Assembly (NCBI GenBank): GCA_026026165.1
Contig: JAPEUD010000034.1
Location: forward strand, 186,001-236,242
Origin: Sarea resinae
Taxonomy: Eukaryota
Direction of reading: 5' to 3'
Length of the DNA: 50,242 nucleotides
Part shown: in pieces, positions 12,948 to 25,988 of the stretch
Layout: the number at the start of each line of letters is the position of its first letter
How positions within the stretch are numbered: position 1 is the stretch's first letter
Made by a program: the position numbers and the translations under genes
Notes under the pieces: model-generated
Told to the model about the DNA's origin: nothing
Seen by the model: the letters and a program-made list of their open reading frames with translations, nothing else
Databases searched by the model: none

Positions 12948-13316
12948 ATGGAGTCCGCAAAGGTTCCCGTCAAGCTCGTGAAGGTTACCCGTGTTCTGGG
13001 CCGGACTGGTATGTCGCGATCGGAAGCTCCTTCCGTGGAATCGATGGTTCCGTTCTTCATGGCTGGCCGGATACTGACAGCAGCTTCTCCCAGGCTCCCG
13101 CGGTGGTGTCACTCAAGTCCGCGTCGAGTTCATGGACGACACAACCCGAAGCATCATCCGAAACGTCAAGGGCCCAGGTACGACTTGACAACCTCATGGC
13201 GCACGCTTTGGCGGCCGAAGAGGAAAATTCAGAACTAACACTTTGCTATCACAGTGCGCGAAGACGATATCCTCTGTCTGCTCGAGTCCGAACGTGAGGC
13301 CCGAAGACTAAGATAG
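12948..13316 (+). CDS. RPS28: 40S ribosomal protein S28 (eS28)
   Basis: [68 protein letters not shown]. Two introns. Confidence 0.98.
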
Positions 13317-14303
13317 TGGGTGAAGGTGTGGATCTGGGGCGATGAGATGTCTGGCTGCCTGTGCGACGGAGGGCAAAATCGGGAGAAAGAGGGCTATGAA
13401 GGACGGGCGCACTTTTCTCTACGGGGCTACCATGATCGTGTCATTAGCGGCATAGAAAATACGACTTAGCTGTCAACTGCCCAAGGGCTGGCTGCACATT
13501 CCCTTTCAGCTTTGAATTGATGTATAATGCGAGACGCGGACAGGGAAATTTGAGATTGAAGATGCTGTTGATTTCTTCAACTTCAATGCGGAAACTACGG
13601 CGGCCTATCACGAACAGGACTGGGGAGCACAGCAATCTCACAGCATGGCCTTTGGCGAAATCAAAATCTCAAGGAGCTCGTTGTCCTCGGTCGCCTCAGC
13701 TACTTGCTTTTAATCGGCTTCTCTTGTGACTCTCGAGTAGGGTACACATCATTACAGCATGCCACACACGGCAATGTCCAAGCAATCCAGTTCGTGGAAA
13801 GCAACGCCAGCTTTATGAGAGTTATAATGAAAGCCAGCATGTCCTGATGCCCACCAATACATCTCTATCCACCAGTCAATCGGGCCGACCAAATGCATCT
13901 TCATATTCTATTTTCCATTCAACAATCCTGGCCATTTCCCGATACGAGCAGTACTCTGAGTATACGGGTTACATACCGTTTCATAATTGGCATGTGATGA
14001 CCTAGATCTCGTTCAATTAGCACCCTGATGCTCTTGGCTGAACCTCTGACTTCAGCCCTAAATACTGAGACTAATCGCCCTCATGCTTTATTCACGTTCC
14101 CTCATATACGGCCTGACTTGTCCTAACGGAGCATTCATCCAAACAAAGAAACATGGTTTGAATCCAAATGGCCTGGCGGACACTATATGCACTATTCACC
14201 TTGATCCAAGCCCTGGATTCTTGGTCTCAGGTTCCCAAACGCCTTTCCCACGCCGAATATATGCTTTGTCCGGCAACATCAACTTACCGCCTCACCCTCA
14301 CCC

Positions 14304-14980
14304 TCACCCCCTCCACCTCTCCTCCCCAGTATAGAACCTGACCAGTGCCTCCGCCCCAACGAGATCTCCAGCCCTTAACAAGGCTGCCACATCCACGTTC
14401 AGCGGACTGTCGGGCTCCGGGTCCGTCAGTAGCTGCTGGATGCTCACGAGCGTCTGGGCGATCGTGTAGGCGGGCGACCAGGAGGTTTTCAGGAGATCGA
14501 GGCAGATCTCACCGGTCTTGATTATAGAGACAGCTGTCAGCCACGTTTTCTTGCAATGAGCGGACAGTGACTCCCTCTACCTGGAAGTGAACGTTGGGAT
14601 GACATATCGGTGTCACGAATTTGATGTCTGGGGGCGCGAGGGGATAATTCTCCGGGATGCGAATGGCTAGTTTCCACAGGCCGCCTATTGACATTTTGCA
14701 GATTGCATTAGCTTCCAATCCCACAAACTGCATAGTTGAGCCATCACGTAGCGCGCAAGAAATAGGCGCGCAAGGAATAGGTGCAATATTTACCTTCATA
14801 TGGACTCGCCGACGGTCCCTTCAAGACCGCCTCCCAGTGGAGTAGTTGATCCTCTGAGACGGGGCCCAGGTGGAGTAACACGTCCGAGTTCGGGTCCTGG
14901 GCGTAGAGCTTCAGCTCTTGAAGCAGGCGTTTCACGGCTCCCTGAGGAGAAGAGGACGAGGATGCCGGCCCCGTCGACAT
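14304..14980 (-). CDS. PEX4: Ubiquitin-conjugating enzyme E2, peroxin Pex4 type
   Basis: AVKRLLQEL, LLHWEAVLKGP, YPLAPPDIKFVTPICHPNVHF, TGEICLDLLKTSWSPAYTI, PEPDSPLNVDVAALL. Two introns. Confidence 0.85.
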
Positions 14981-15193
14981 TGTTGATCTATGGAGCTCGC
15001 CCCGTTCGCGGCGTGTGCAATTGATGGGCAATCTCTAGGTCGGACGCCACTATTGTAGACGCCTAGCGGTGAGGACGTTGGATCGCCGGTTGACGTGTAT
15101 CTACCTAGGTAAAGTACGTTGGTTGATCGTCTCATATCGGTAAATCTGATAATGGACGCGGAGCGGGGGTCGCGGTTGAACGCGGCTGCCGAG

Positions 15194-15199
15194 CCGAGG
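15194..15199. promoter_or_regulatory. Candidate FarA/FarB element (CCGAGG) in the PEX4/enoyl-CoA hydratase divergent promoter
   Basis: CCGAGG lies in the about 320-bp intergenic region between a peroxin gene and a beta-oxidation gene. Confidence 0.4.
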
Positions 15200-15298
15200 T
15201 AGATTTATCATCTGTTAAATACTACGTAGTACTCGAGTCTCACGTTCCAATTCGCACATTGTTCCTCGACTGCTATTTATTCCCTTCAGCATTAGACC

Positions 15299-16387
15299 AT
15301 GAGCACTCTCAGATGCATCAGGCCCGCGGCCTCAAGATTCCTAGCACCCTCTTCATCCATCCCGCGACTTGTTCGGCCATACTCGGCAGCATCGTCTTCA
15401 TATGAACAACTCTTGGTCTCAACACCAAAACCTGGAGTTGGCCTAAGTACGCCCCTTCAGCTCAGCCAGCATTCAGGAGGAAATCTAACCAAATTACTGT
15501 CAAGTCACGCTCAATCGACCGAAAGCCCTCAACGCCCTATCCACCCCCCTGATCCTGGAGCTCAACGATGCCCTCTCTAAATTTGGAAAAGACGAATCGA
15601 CTGGAGCTATTGTGATCACAGGCAGCGAGAAGGCCTTTGCAGGTAATGATGCTATGCCATTGCTAGAATCTCAAAATATATAGAAATAAACAGAGATTCG
15701 AGATCAAGCATACTAATGCATCTTTAACGGACAACAGCCGGCGCCGACATCAAAGAGATGAAAGACCTGACCTTCTCTAAAGCCTACACGACCGACTTTA
15801 TCGAGGTCTGGTCCTCCCTCACGTCCAACATCAAAAAGCCCATCATCAGTGCCGTCAATGGTTACGCCCTCGGTGGTGGCTGTGAACTCTCTATGATGGC
15901 CGACATCCTCTATTGCTCGTCTGGCGCCACCTTCGGCCAGCCCGAGATCAAGCTAGGCACGATTCCCGGTGCGGGAGGCAGCCAACGCCTGACGCGCGCG
16001 ATCGGCAAAGCCAAAGCCATGGAGCTGATCCTGACAGGGTCGAACTTCTCGGGCAAGGAGGCCGGCGAGTGGGGGCTTGCAGCGCGTGTGTTCGAGACGC
16101 CGCAGGAGTGCTTGGAGGGTGCACTGAAGACCGCCGAGACGATTGCCAGCATGAGCCGTGTCGCTGTGAAGGCGGGCAAGGAGGTCGTCAACAAAAGCCA
16201 GGAGCTGGGTGTTCGGGAGGGGGTCGAGTATGAGCGGAGAGTGTTCCACAGCTTATTCGGCAGCCGGGACCAAAAGATTGGTGAGAAAGATTGCCCGTGA
16301 GACCTGCTCGCTAGATATACTAATCTTGATTGAATAGGCATGACGGCCTTTGCGGAGAAGAAGAAGCCCGAGTGGTCTCACGAGTAG
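15299..16387 (+). CDS. echA: Mitochondrial short-chain enoyl-CoA hydratase
   Basis: Presequence-like N-terminus, [67 protein letters not shown]. Three introns. Confidence 0.93.
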
Positions 16388-17074
16388 TGTTAGACTGATA
16401 GCTGCATCTCTCTGGAATATACACCCCTCTTGAGGAATAGAGCCTCGGACCGTTTCAAGATTTCTTACTCATCCTCCGAGCTGCAGCAAGCAGCCCGACA
16501 GCCTCCTGACCTCTATCAGACTTGGGCTCATGGATGCTTCTGCCTATATCACATCGTTTGACGCAAACATGATCCACAGGATGAACTCACCTCATGAGCA
16601 TCATTGCCGACACCTGTGAGACGATACTCCTGTACGTACGTAGACACCGGCAATCACGCCAAAGTAAATGCTTCACCTCGGACTCGCAGCGTCTTCACGT
16701 AGATCTTGACCTCGGGTGGATCATCGTCGTGAATGTTCTCGGATGAGGGTCTTGACGCCGCCATCATCCCGCGGCAGGGGCCTCGAAGGTGATGATATGC
16801 TATCGCGATTAGCGAACACAACCGATCGTCTCGCTCCATGTGAGGGAGTCCTCCTAAGTAGCGTCATGTATAGACGAGCTTCTTCTGGCGCGAAAGCGAC
16901 CGAGTATACCTCTTCAGGTACGTCAGGAACACGAAAATCTAGAGCGGGCTTCTACGGTACGCCGAGAACAGCTCCGCAGGCTTTTAGGAACAGTCATCGG
17001 GGAAGAGTCGCAGTCATCGAGCAAGTGACGATTGATCTCTTTCGGACCGCATTTCTCCTGACGGCACTGCATCA

Positions 17075-18870
17075 ATGTCGTCCTATACGGCCTCGCAGCG
17101 ATACCTCAGCACGCGGGGAGGATCCTACGATGTATGCAGCGCCCTCTCGTCCCCCAAGTGACCCGAATTGACTCCACATCAGCTCTCGTTCGAGGAGGTC
17201 GTCCTCAAGGGTCTCGCCGCAGATGGAGGCCTCTTCATCCCCGAGGAAATCCCTCGTCTCCCCTCCGACTGGGTGACACGATGGCGGCATCTCTCCTTCG
17301 TCGATCTGGCCTACGAGGTCATGTCACTGTACATCTCGCCGGCCGAGATCCCCCCCGCAGATCTGAAAGATATCATCCGACGCAGCTACTCGACCTTCCG
17401 CGCGAAAGATGTGACACCGCTGGTGACGTTGGATAAAGAAAGGAATCTGCATCTGCTAGAGCTATTCCGTAAGTCGGGGCGAGGGTGGCGAGACGGAAAA
17501 TCGATTTGACTGACAGGAACAGATGGGCCGACCTTTGCCTTTAAAGACGTGGCGTTGCAACTTTTAGGAAACCTCTTCGAGTACTTCCTCGTGCGGCGCA
17601 ATCAAGGCAAGGTGGGTAAGGAGCGGCATCATCTGACAGTCATCGGCGCAACGAGTGGAGACACCGGCTCCGCAGCGATCTACGGATTACGAGGCAAGAA
17701 AGATGTGTCAGTCTTCATTCTACACCCTAAGGGGAGGGTCAGCCCTGTACAGGAGGCCCAGATGACCACCGTGCTGGACGCCAACGTGCACAATCTAGCC
17801 ATGGAGGGCACGTTTGACGATTGCCAGGTAAGAGACGCAAAGCCCCTATCATACTAGCAATTGGCCTGACTCGGACTCCTTCTTTCTAGGACATGGTCAA
17901 GGCGCTTTTCGCCGATGAGGAGACTAACAAGGCGCACCACCTCGGGGCCGTAAACTCCATCAATTGGGCCCGCATCCTCGCGCAACAGACATACTATTTC
18001 TACGCCTACTTCTCTCTCCTTAACTCTTCCCCAGATCTCACCCCCGCCAACCTCCAAGTCCGTTTCGTCGTGCCGACGGGCAACTTTGGCGACATCCTTG
18101 CAGGCTATTACGCCAAGCACATGGGCCTCTCTATCGCCAAACTCGTCATCGCCACCAACGAGAATGACATCCTGTACCGCTTCTGGAAGGACGGAAAATA
18201 CGAGAAGCATCCTGTACACGGCGAGGCGGCCAAGGGCGGGCTCAAAGAAGACGGCGTCAAGGCGCACGAAGCGGGCGTCAAGGAGACCCTCAGCCCGGCC
18301 ATGGACATTCTCGTCAGCAGTAACTTCGAGCGTCTGCTCTGGTATCTCGCCTACGCCGTCTACAGCCGCAAGGGCGACATCAGCGAAAAGCGCCACTTCG
18401 CTGGCGACACGGTCAAGACGTGGCTGTCGGAATTGAAATCCCACGGCGGCTTCAGCGTCGACCCGCAGGTCCTCAAAGCAGCACAAGCCGATTTCGAGAG
18501 CCAGCGCGTGTCAGATAAGGAGACGAAAGACACGATCACGGATTTCTACGGCGAGCCCGCCAGGTACATCCTAGACCCGCACTCCGCCGTCGGCATGTTC
18601 GCGTCCGTGCACTCGGAGAAGAAGCACGCGGCGCCACAGATCCACCACATCTCCCTCGCCACGGCGCATCCGGCCAAATTCGCAAACGCGGTCGAAATGT
18701 CTCTGAAGGGACAGCCCGGCTTCAAGTTCGAGGAAGTTTTGCCCGCCGAGTTTATCGGCCTCGAACAGAGGGAACGCAGGGTTCGGAACGTGGCTGCTAG
18801 CGAGGGCTTAGCTGGTGTGAGAGCTATCATCACCGAGGAGGTTGAGCGGGAAGGCGCCGCGGCACCGTGA
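17075..18870 (+). CDS. THR4: Threonine synthase
   Basis: QRYLSTRGG, GLAADGGLFIP, LELFHGPTFAFKDVALQ (PLP lysine), GATSGDTGSAA, AVNSINWARI, VPTGNFGD, LATAHPAKF. Three introns. Confidence 0.97.
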
Positions 18871-19628
18871 TCATGTCTTTTCATTTTTTCCCCTGGCTTT
18901 AGGGGGTAAGGGGGCGAGGGGATCCATGGCGTGTCGAGAGCAAAAGGGATCCGAAGAAAACCGATCTCGACGAAAAAATAGATTTCTCTCCGTTCAGTCA
19001 ATCATAATGTACCATGTACGGGATTCACCTCCTTTTCGATTCTTTCAGAAGAGAGATAGGTTCCCTAGATTCAAAGAAAATTCGAGATCATTCTCTGCTC
19101 TTCTTACTCGGAGCATTCTTCCCGCGTGTGCTTTGTGTGCTAGAGACTGAAAAGAGAGGGGAGGGGGGGGGAGCTTCAGGCTTCTTATCAACCAAAGTAC
19201 CTCTCTAGTTTATCTAGTGCGCTTTCGATATTAAGTGATTCACACTATTCTCTTAATCGCTACATGCTTCGCTCCCATAAGGTAAGCAGCCACCCACCTC
19301 ATCTAGTTACTCGGATGGATTCGCGCGCGCGATATCGTGATTGAGGTCCACGCAGTCGCGGCCTTCGATTGTCTCTGTTGCGATATACTGTACTCGTATA
19401 GCGGGCCAGCTCTCACCTTGCAAAGCCTCCAACGTCGAGATGTTCTAAATCATCCAGTCAACGATGGCAGCAACATGGCAGCGATAGCGATAGCGATAGC
19501 GATACGAAGACAGGTCTCCCACAGCATCTACAGTATTCCGTTCCCGGAACGTTAGAGGACGTAAACACGATCTGGCCAACATCTCCGTCCATTCATCGCA
19601 TTTGGGCGAGCCGGTGAGCCAGTTAGCC

Positions 19629-20550
19629 ATGACTCCGCCAGCAGCGCTCCCTGCCGTCATAACGCCGGCATTGCTGTCATGCATTCGGGCTCACCCTCAA
19701 CTCCCGAAACACTCGTGGTATTTCATCACCGGCGTCACGCTGTCGGTCATCAATCGACCGGATGAGATCCCGAAGGTGTTCAAAGATGTCATGGATCATG
19801 GAATCGGCGCCTCGGACTCGAAACCCGAACACGAGGAGCAGTTGCGCATCGCGAGGAGACTCCGAGAGGCGCTGCTGAAGTCGGCGCCAATTGCTGGATT
19901 GCCCAGGGTACAGTCCATCGCCCTTCTCCTGACGCCTCCGAGCCTCTGCCGTGACGATGAGGCCAGGCCAAGCCCGGCTGATGTGACCACAGGTGATCAA
20001 TGCCCTCTTCGCCCTGAAATCCGTGACGCCGCCCTCTCTCCTCGACGAGCCGACGGGCTACTCCCCCACCGCCCGCCCAGCCGAGCTTTACGAGACCGCG
20101 CCCTCGCAGATCCTGAGCCGCGGCCAGAACTTCTTCGACCAGCTCTACGGCAAGGTGTCGAAGCGCATCATGGGGCAGATGGATCGGTCCGGCACGGAAG
20201 ACTTGGGCGTCACCGCGCGCCTGATGTACGGCTATCTGCTGAGCAACACGAATGTCTTGACGGCGGCCGAGAGCAGTTTTGTCGTCATGGCCGGGCTGAT
20301 TCCGCTCGATGTAAGCGCTCTGCTTGTCCTAGTCTGGCGAGCGTCCGTGACTTACATTTCCCGCGAGCGATAGGTGAATCCGCAGTTGAAAGGGCATCTG
20401 AAGGGGGCGATCAATAACGGAGCCACGGTCGAGGAGGTTCGCGCGGTAAGAGAGGTCGTCATGAAGATCTGTGAAGCTTCTGGGATGAAAAGATTGGCCG
20501 ACGATCAGGCGGGCGGTTGGGGGTGGAGAGGAGAGGTCGCCAATCTGTGA
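19629..20550 (+). CDS. AhpD/carboxymuconolactone decarboxylase-like protein (Pxp2/Dpc29-like)
   Basis: HSWYFITGVTLSVINRP, RRLREALLKSAPIAGLPRVINAL, RGQNFFDQLYGKVS, DVNPQLKGHLKGAINNGA. Two introns. Confidence 0.8.
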
Positions 20551-21237
20551 CGCAGGCCCAAGCAGATCATCGTCCTGCGATGAGACTGAGGTCCGGTATT
20601 GACTTCAGCATTTCTTAGGGACCACATACAATTTCTGCGTCCAAGGTGCGTGATCACACATTTTTTATTCTAGTATCTATTCATAAAATATTATCGTTCA
20701 ATAGCTACGATACAGAACCATCTCGAATCAAAGGTCACAATATAAAAGTCAACACCCTACATCCTATTTGGTCATTAGCATATCCTTCGTGGTTGTTGTG
20801 ATGTTAAGTAGCTCTATCTTTGAATAAACGCTCATTTACCTTGTATTTTCAATATGTTTAAAATGTGTCAGCAATACTTCCGAATCTTCCAAAATGATAG
20901 CAAAATCTAAGATGAAATGGGATACCTTGACCGTCCTACACCACCCGAGCAATTATCTTCTGGCGTAGTGTTGGCGGAATTCATAAGCATTAGAGGATTT
21001 GGTCGGGTTTAGTTGTTAGTCGATTGGTCAAGACTAATCACGGACCGTTGAAGGCGTTCTCTATGCCGAATGCCCAAGTGTGACATTGCTGCTCAATGGC
21101 CCCTATAGGCTTGGACTCCTTCGACAAAGCCCAGACTAATCCGTGCATCTCCTTGAGCCACCCGCATAGTTCCTTCATGGCGGGCCTCTACTTCAGCATC
21201 CGAAGAAATCCATGCCAATAGTTTCAAATGGCCGTCG

Positions 21238-21288
21238 CCCAGAAAAGCGTGGATTAGGGCTCACCCAGAAAAGCGTGGACTAGGGCTC
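21238..21288. repeat. 26-bp-period tandem duplication (CCCAGAAAAGCGTGGAYTAGGGCTC x2)
   Basis: Copies at 21238-21262 and 21264-21288, one mismatch. Confidence 0.9.
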
Positions 21289-21377
21289 GGTATGCCTCGA
21301 GATCAGATCACAACCACTGGGCTTTGCAACACGTCATCGGCAGCTTGTTCTACAGACTATATATTATCCGTGGTGCA

Positions 21378-22622
21378 TTATATGGTAAGCATATCGGCTA
21401 GTGATATGGGGCGGACCAACGGCTCCGAGTCCGTGTTGCAAAGACGCCGCGTAATAGAATCGATGGCCTGGGAGACCTCCAGATCGTGCATGTAAGCAGT
21501 CGTATGATCTTTGACATGACCAATCTTCTTCCATTCGTCCAGGGAAATCTGGCTGATGCCGTGATTTACGTTGAGACGAAAATAGATCCCCGGAACTCTT
21601 CTGAAACGACGTGCCAGTCGGTCAGCTGTATCATTGCAGTCGATTGCGATTCGCTTGAGAACATCGATGAGCTTGAGAGGGAGAATCCGTTGATATCCAT
21701 GTGGCTCCGAGAGTCCGATAACGCCTGGATGTCCGGCCCCGATACTCACCACTACTCCAACCGGCCTCTCGCCAACAAAAATTTCTAGTGCTTCTCTAAT
21801 GACATGCTCGGTAGGGTTGTTGCAGCCAAGTGCCGCATCAACGTACTCGGTTTTGACCTGTCCAGGCTCGCCGATCACCACTCGCTTGAAGAATGTCGGA
21901 GCAGCCGTCGTCGCGCGGGCCGCTTCCCAGATCTTGCAGTCGTCTGACATGTTCGCGCGGACTTCATATGTTCGAAAGAGGGTCGGAAAGGCCATGTTGC
22001 TTGCAGGTATGGCACAGACGACACTGGCCACGGCTCTGCTGAGCATCTGAAATCCACAAACCAGGAATGCTCGAGCGACTTACGTTTTTCCCCGCTCCTC
22101 CGTACTCGACTCGTCTAGCATTCTCGCATCCTTACGGCTTCTACCGAGCGATTCCGTGACAATTCGTCTGATTTCTCGTTCCAGTGTCGTGGCTTTGAAG
22201 GTGCCGTCCTGGATTCGCCATTTCCTATTTTGCTTCGAGAAAACGCGTGCGGCCACAAGGCTGTACTGGGCGAGAGCCTCTCGTGTGCTCATTCGCAGAC
22301 GGCCAAGCATTATGGCGATCAAGCTATGCTTAGAGTCAGTGCAATTAGAGTAAGGGCGCGGCTGCCAGTACCCGCCAGTGCTGGCCCCTCCAATCAGATC
22401 GAAATAATCGCATGGTTTAGGTAATTCCGGAAGATTCTGGTCGCACTGGATCCGCCGCATAATCTCGTCCAAAATCAATAGCTCGGAAATGCCGCGAATC
22501 CCACCGCCATCTGCGTAGAGAGAACATTAGTCGTAAGAACAAGTGCATGGCCGCTGTGAGCACCGACCCAGGGCAAGCAGATTCACCGGTCCCACGGGTT
22601 CAGCATATATAGCATTCGGCAT
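21378..22622 (-). CDS. Patatin-like phospholipase domain protein (probably a truncated patatin-NLR)
   Basis: NLLAL/DGGGIRG, PCDYFDLIGGASTGG nucleophile elbow, KIWEAARATTAAPTFF, YVDAALGCNNP, YFRLNV. Three GT-AG introns. Confidence 0.85.
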
Positions 22623-23914
22623 GCTCGTTGATATATATCTCAGGCGACTCCGTCAATAATGGCCATGGGCCGTGAGTCTCCTCGTGGGGGGGAGCCCTTC
22701 AGGAGGTCAAAGCTGGCGCCATGCTCTGCGCCCTCTCCGGATATGCCGGAATGAAATTTCGTGGTCACCGACCGCAGTGAGGCTGAGGCATGGCCAGCGT
22801 CGATGCCGACGAGGGCGACGACGAGGGCGATTAGGTCCCCCATGAAACCGCTGACGAACTTATCGATGCACCTCGCCGACCAATCATGTGCCGCGTCGCA
22901 GCACGTACGTCTATCCAATGATTGACCCGAGTCGGGGCTAGGTGCATCGCCCATAAGCGCGGGCGAGGCCCATGACCCTCGACCTCCATTGCAGCCCCTC
23001 TGGTCTTAGCCCCTGCGTCGCCGTCTGGGCGTTAACGACGATTGACAAAGATTCAGCGTTGGGGACCCGCTGAGCATCGCTTCCGTCGATACCGGGGTCG
23101 TAAGTAGATGATCGTCTCCATATGCGAGGGCGCCCACGACGAAACAGGAGGCCCAAGGCCTTCCTACGATTTCAAATGTCGTCGCATTGGATGGTAGCTA
23201 CCTGCCCTCTGCAGTGCTTTCGGGTCCATCCAGAATGGTCCCATGTGGTTGGGCGACTCGGCGAACACGTCGTCGGCCCCCGAGGGGGAACGCTCTGCGA
23301 TCTGATAAGATGACCAAGGCTGATACGGGTCAATCGGCCGACGAAAACGTTCTGCAAGATTCCACGTCAGCGAGACCGCGGGCATGACGCGGTCGTAATT
23401 TCGTATTACATTCCCCAGCCCTCTCCTCTGCTTCATGCGAGACGCCGAGGGCAACGAGGCGCGAAGGACCGCATAGCCCGCCCGGAGATCCTTGATCCCC
23501 CGCCATGACTGAGACTGGACGTAGGATGAGAGAGATGGTGGTGGTGGTGGTGGCTGATCGAGCGAGTGCTTAGCAATCGAGGGGTAGAGTATTCGTCGAT
23601 TGCCCCAAACCGATCGACGGCGGGGTCTGGCACGATTTCGTGCGACGTCGACGTCGATTTAGGCGATCCGTCGTGGATGGGTCAGCACCCGATCGCGTCA
23701 GTTCACGTCATCGAGGGGGGTGATTAGCAACCGACCGCGCCGGATGGGACCACGGTGAGGATGGGAAGGATCCTGGAGGGTACGGGATGAGTATATATCA
23801 ACCTCGTCGGACCACGCCGTCAACATGAATCTCTCCGCTTCGAATCACCACCCATTCTTCCACCCATCCTCCCCCACCGACCATCCTCAATCGTAACCGC
23901 CACGCCCCACCGTC

Positions 23915-25034
23915 ATGAGTAACCAAGCCGCCTGGATTCCCGCACTCAAGGGCCGTTTCAAGGTCGACGGTGCCCCCTACAGCAGCCCGGGGCCGGAGGA
24001 GGTGGTCATCAGGAACGCCGCCGTCGCCATCAACCCCGTCGACTGGAAGATCCAGACGTATGGATTCCTGATCCAAGAGTTCCCCAACATCCTCGGCGTC
24101 GACGTCGCGGGTGAGGTGGCCGAGGTGGGTGCGGAGGTGAAGAAGGTCCGGAAGGGAGACCGCGTGCTGGGGTCAGTCTCTGCCCTCTTGCGAGGGAGAA
24201 GGACACGTCTAACGGCACCAGGCACGCGCTCGGTCTCCAAACCCTCCAACCCAAGCACGCCGCCTTCCAGCACTACACCGTCATCCCCGCCATCGCCGTG
24301 GCACCCATCCCGGACGCTCTCTCCTTCGAGAGAGCCGCCGTGCTTCCCCTGGCCATCTCCACCGCCGCGGCCGGCCTTTTCCAGAAAGAATTCCTCGGTC
24401 TGCCGTACCCCACCGAGAACGCGAAACATACGGGCAAAGCCATTCTCGTCTGGGGAGGCAGCTCCTCGGTCGGTGGCTCGGCCATCCAGCTCGCCAAAAA
24501 TGCGGGCGTCAAAGTCGTGACCACTGCGTCCAGCAAGAATCACTCCTACGTGAAGGCCCTAGGCGCCGACGAGGTATTTGATTACAACTCGCCCAGCGTG
24601 GTCGAGGACATCGTCAAGGCTCTCAAGGGTAGCGAATTTGCCGGTGTCTACGACGCCATCTCCGAAGAGAAGACCGTCAAGGCCAGCGCGGCCGTGGCGG
24701 ATCAACTGGGCGGGGGGATCGTCGCCACGGTGATACCTCCCCCCGAGGGGCTGCCAAGCAGCGTGAAGGCTTCGTCTGGTAAGTTTCCCGTCGGATCTAG
24801 AACGCATCCGTACGCGGACTGACCCATTCAGTCTTCGCCGTCACGATCTTCACCAAGGACACGGCTGTCGGCGACGCCATCTACCGCGACTTCATCCCCA
24901 CGGCTCTGCGCGACGGCCGTCTACAAGCCAAGCCCGACCCGAAGGTCATCACCGGGGGTCTCTCCCAGGTCCAAGAGGGTGTTGACCTCCTCAAACAGGG
25001 CGTGTCGGCTTCCAAAGTGGTGGTGACTCTCTGA
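23915..25034 (+). CDS. Zinc-binding MDR-superfamily oxidoreductase (enoyl reductase/CipB-like)
   Basis: NAAVAINPVDWKIQ, ILGVDVAGEV, ILVWGGSSSVG Rossmann motif, LGADEVFDY, GVSASKVVVTL*. Two introns. Confidence 0.9.
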
Positions 25035-25988
25035 GGAGGAGGTGCTCATCGAGTACACGATATGAACGACCAACGTGCGCTAGCTTGATCTATTCACCAA
25101 TAATGACTCAATTGATGGCATTCTTCTATCTATCTCGTACCAAGGACGTCGTTGACTTGAATCTTGTCGTAATGCTATACTGTACCATCATGAGCAACTG
25201 CAACATCATCTGTTGAGCGTTTCGCGCGGTAACCTCCATACGCTTCCCTATCCCAAGGTCGGTAGCGAGGCCCCCGGCCCGTCGTCGAGCTCGAGTTTCC
25301 GCCGTCTCGGCGTCCTCACCACCATCCACCCTTTGCGAATGCTCTCCCCACCGAGCTCTGCCTTCACTCACTCCACTGGCCGCTCTTCCCAATGATCGCG
25401 GTTCCATGCTTGAGGATATGCGTGACGATATGCGTTCGGGCCCACTGCGACAGGCAGCCTGAGCCGGGGTGTCGCTTCGCCCCGATCCTCTAACGTCTTA
25501 CGCTCGTTACGACCGTGTTGCCACGAGTGACGGCGCGAACTGATTGGCGGCGGTCTGTCGATCGTGCCCCGACTCCGCTCTTCGGGCACGCCAGCCTTCT
25601 TCGGAAGACTCGGCTTGGGGCTTGGCCTGTTGGAACGGCGCCCTACCAACAATGACTATGGAACGTGGTGCATGCAGTGAGGCTCTCACGGCGGCACAAT
25701 ATTGCGCTGTCCCCGCGGTGCCGGAAATAACCAGCTGGTCGCACGCGAGATGGAGGGGATCGAAATCCTCACGGCGACCCATGGCGCAGGAACCGACCGT
25801 GGTCGAGGCATCGATGGATCATGCACGTTGGTATCACGTCAGACGGCCGCAGAAACCGCGGACCGGCCTGGGAAACACGCTGAAGCGTCTGTGGAGATCT
25901 CCGACTCTGGCGATTCGAAGGAAATATAAAAGCTCGCCGTCGCGCCTGTCGTTGTGCGTACTCATCGATCCACTTGGCGAGAGGCGGC

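Noticed and set aside
14289..14310. (CCCTCA)3 telomere-like repeat
   Set aside because: Three variant units at the PEX4 stop; an ordinary microsatellite.
19481..19504. (GCGATA)4 repeat and upstream ATG as an N-terminal extension of the CMD-like gene
   Set aside because: That frame stops at 19555; simple microsatellite.
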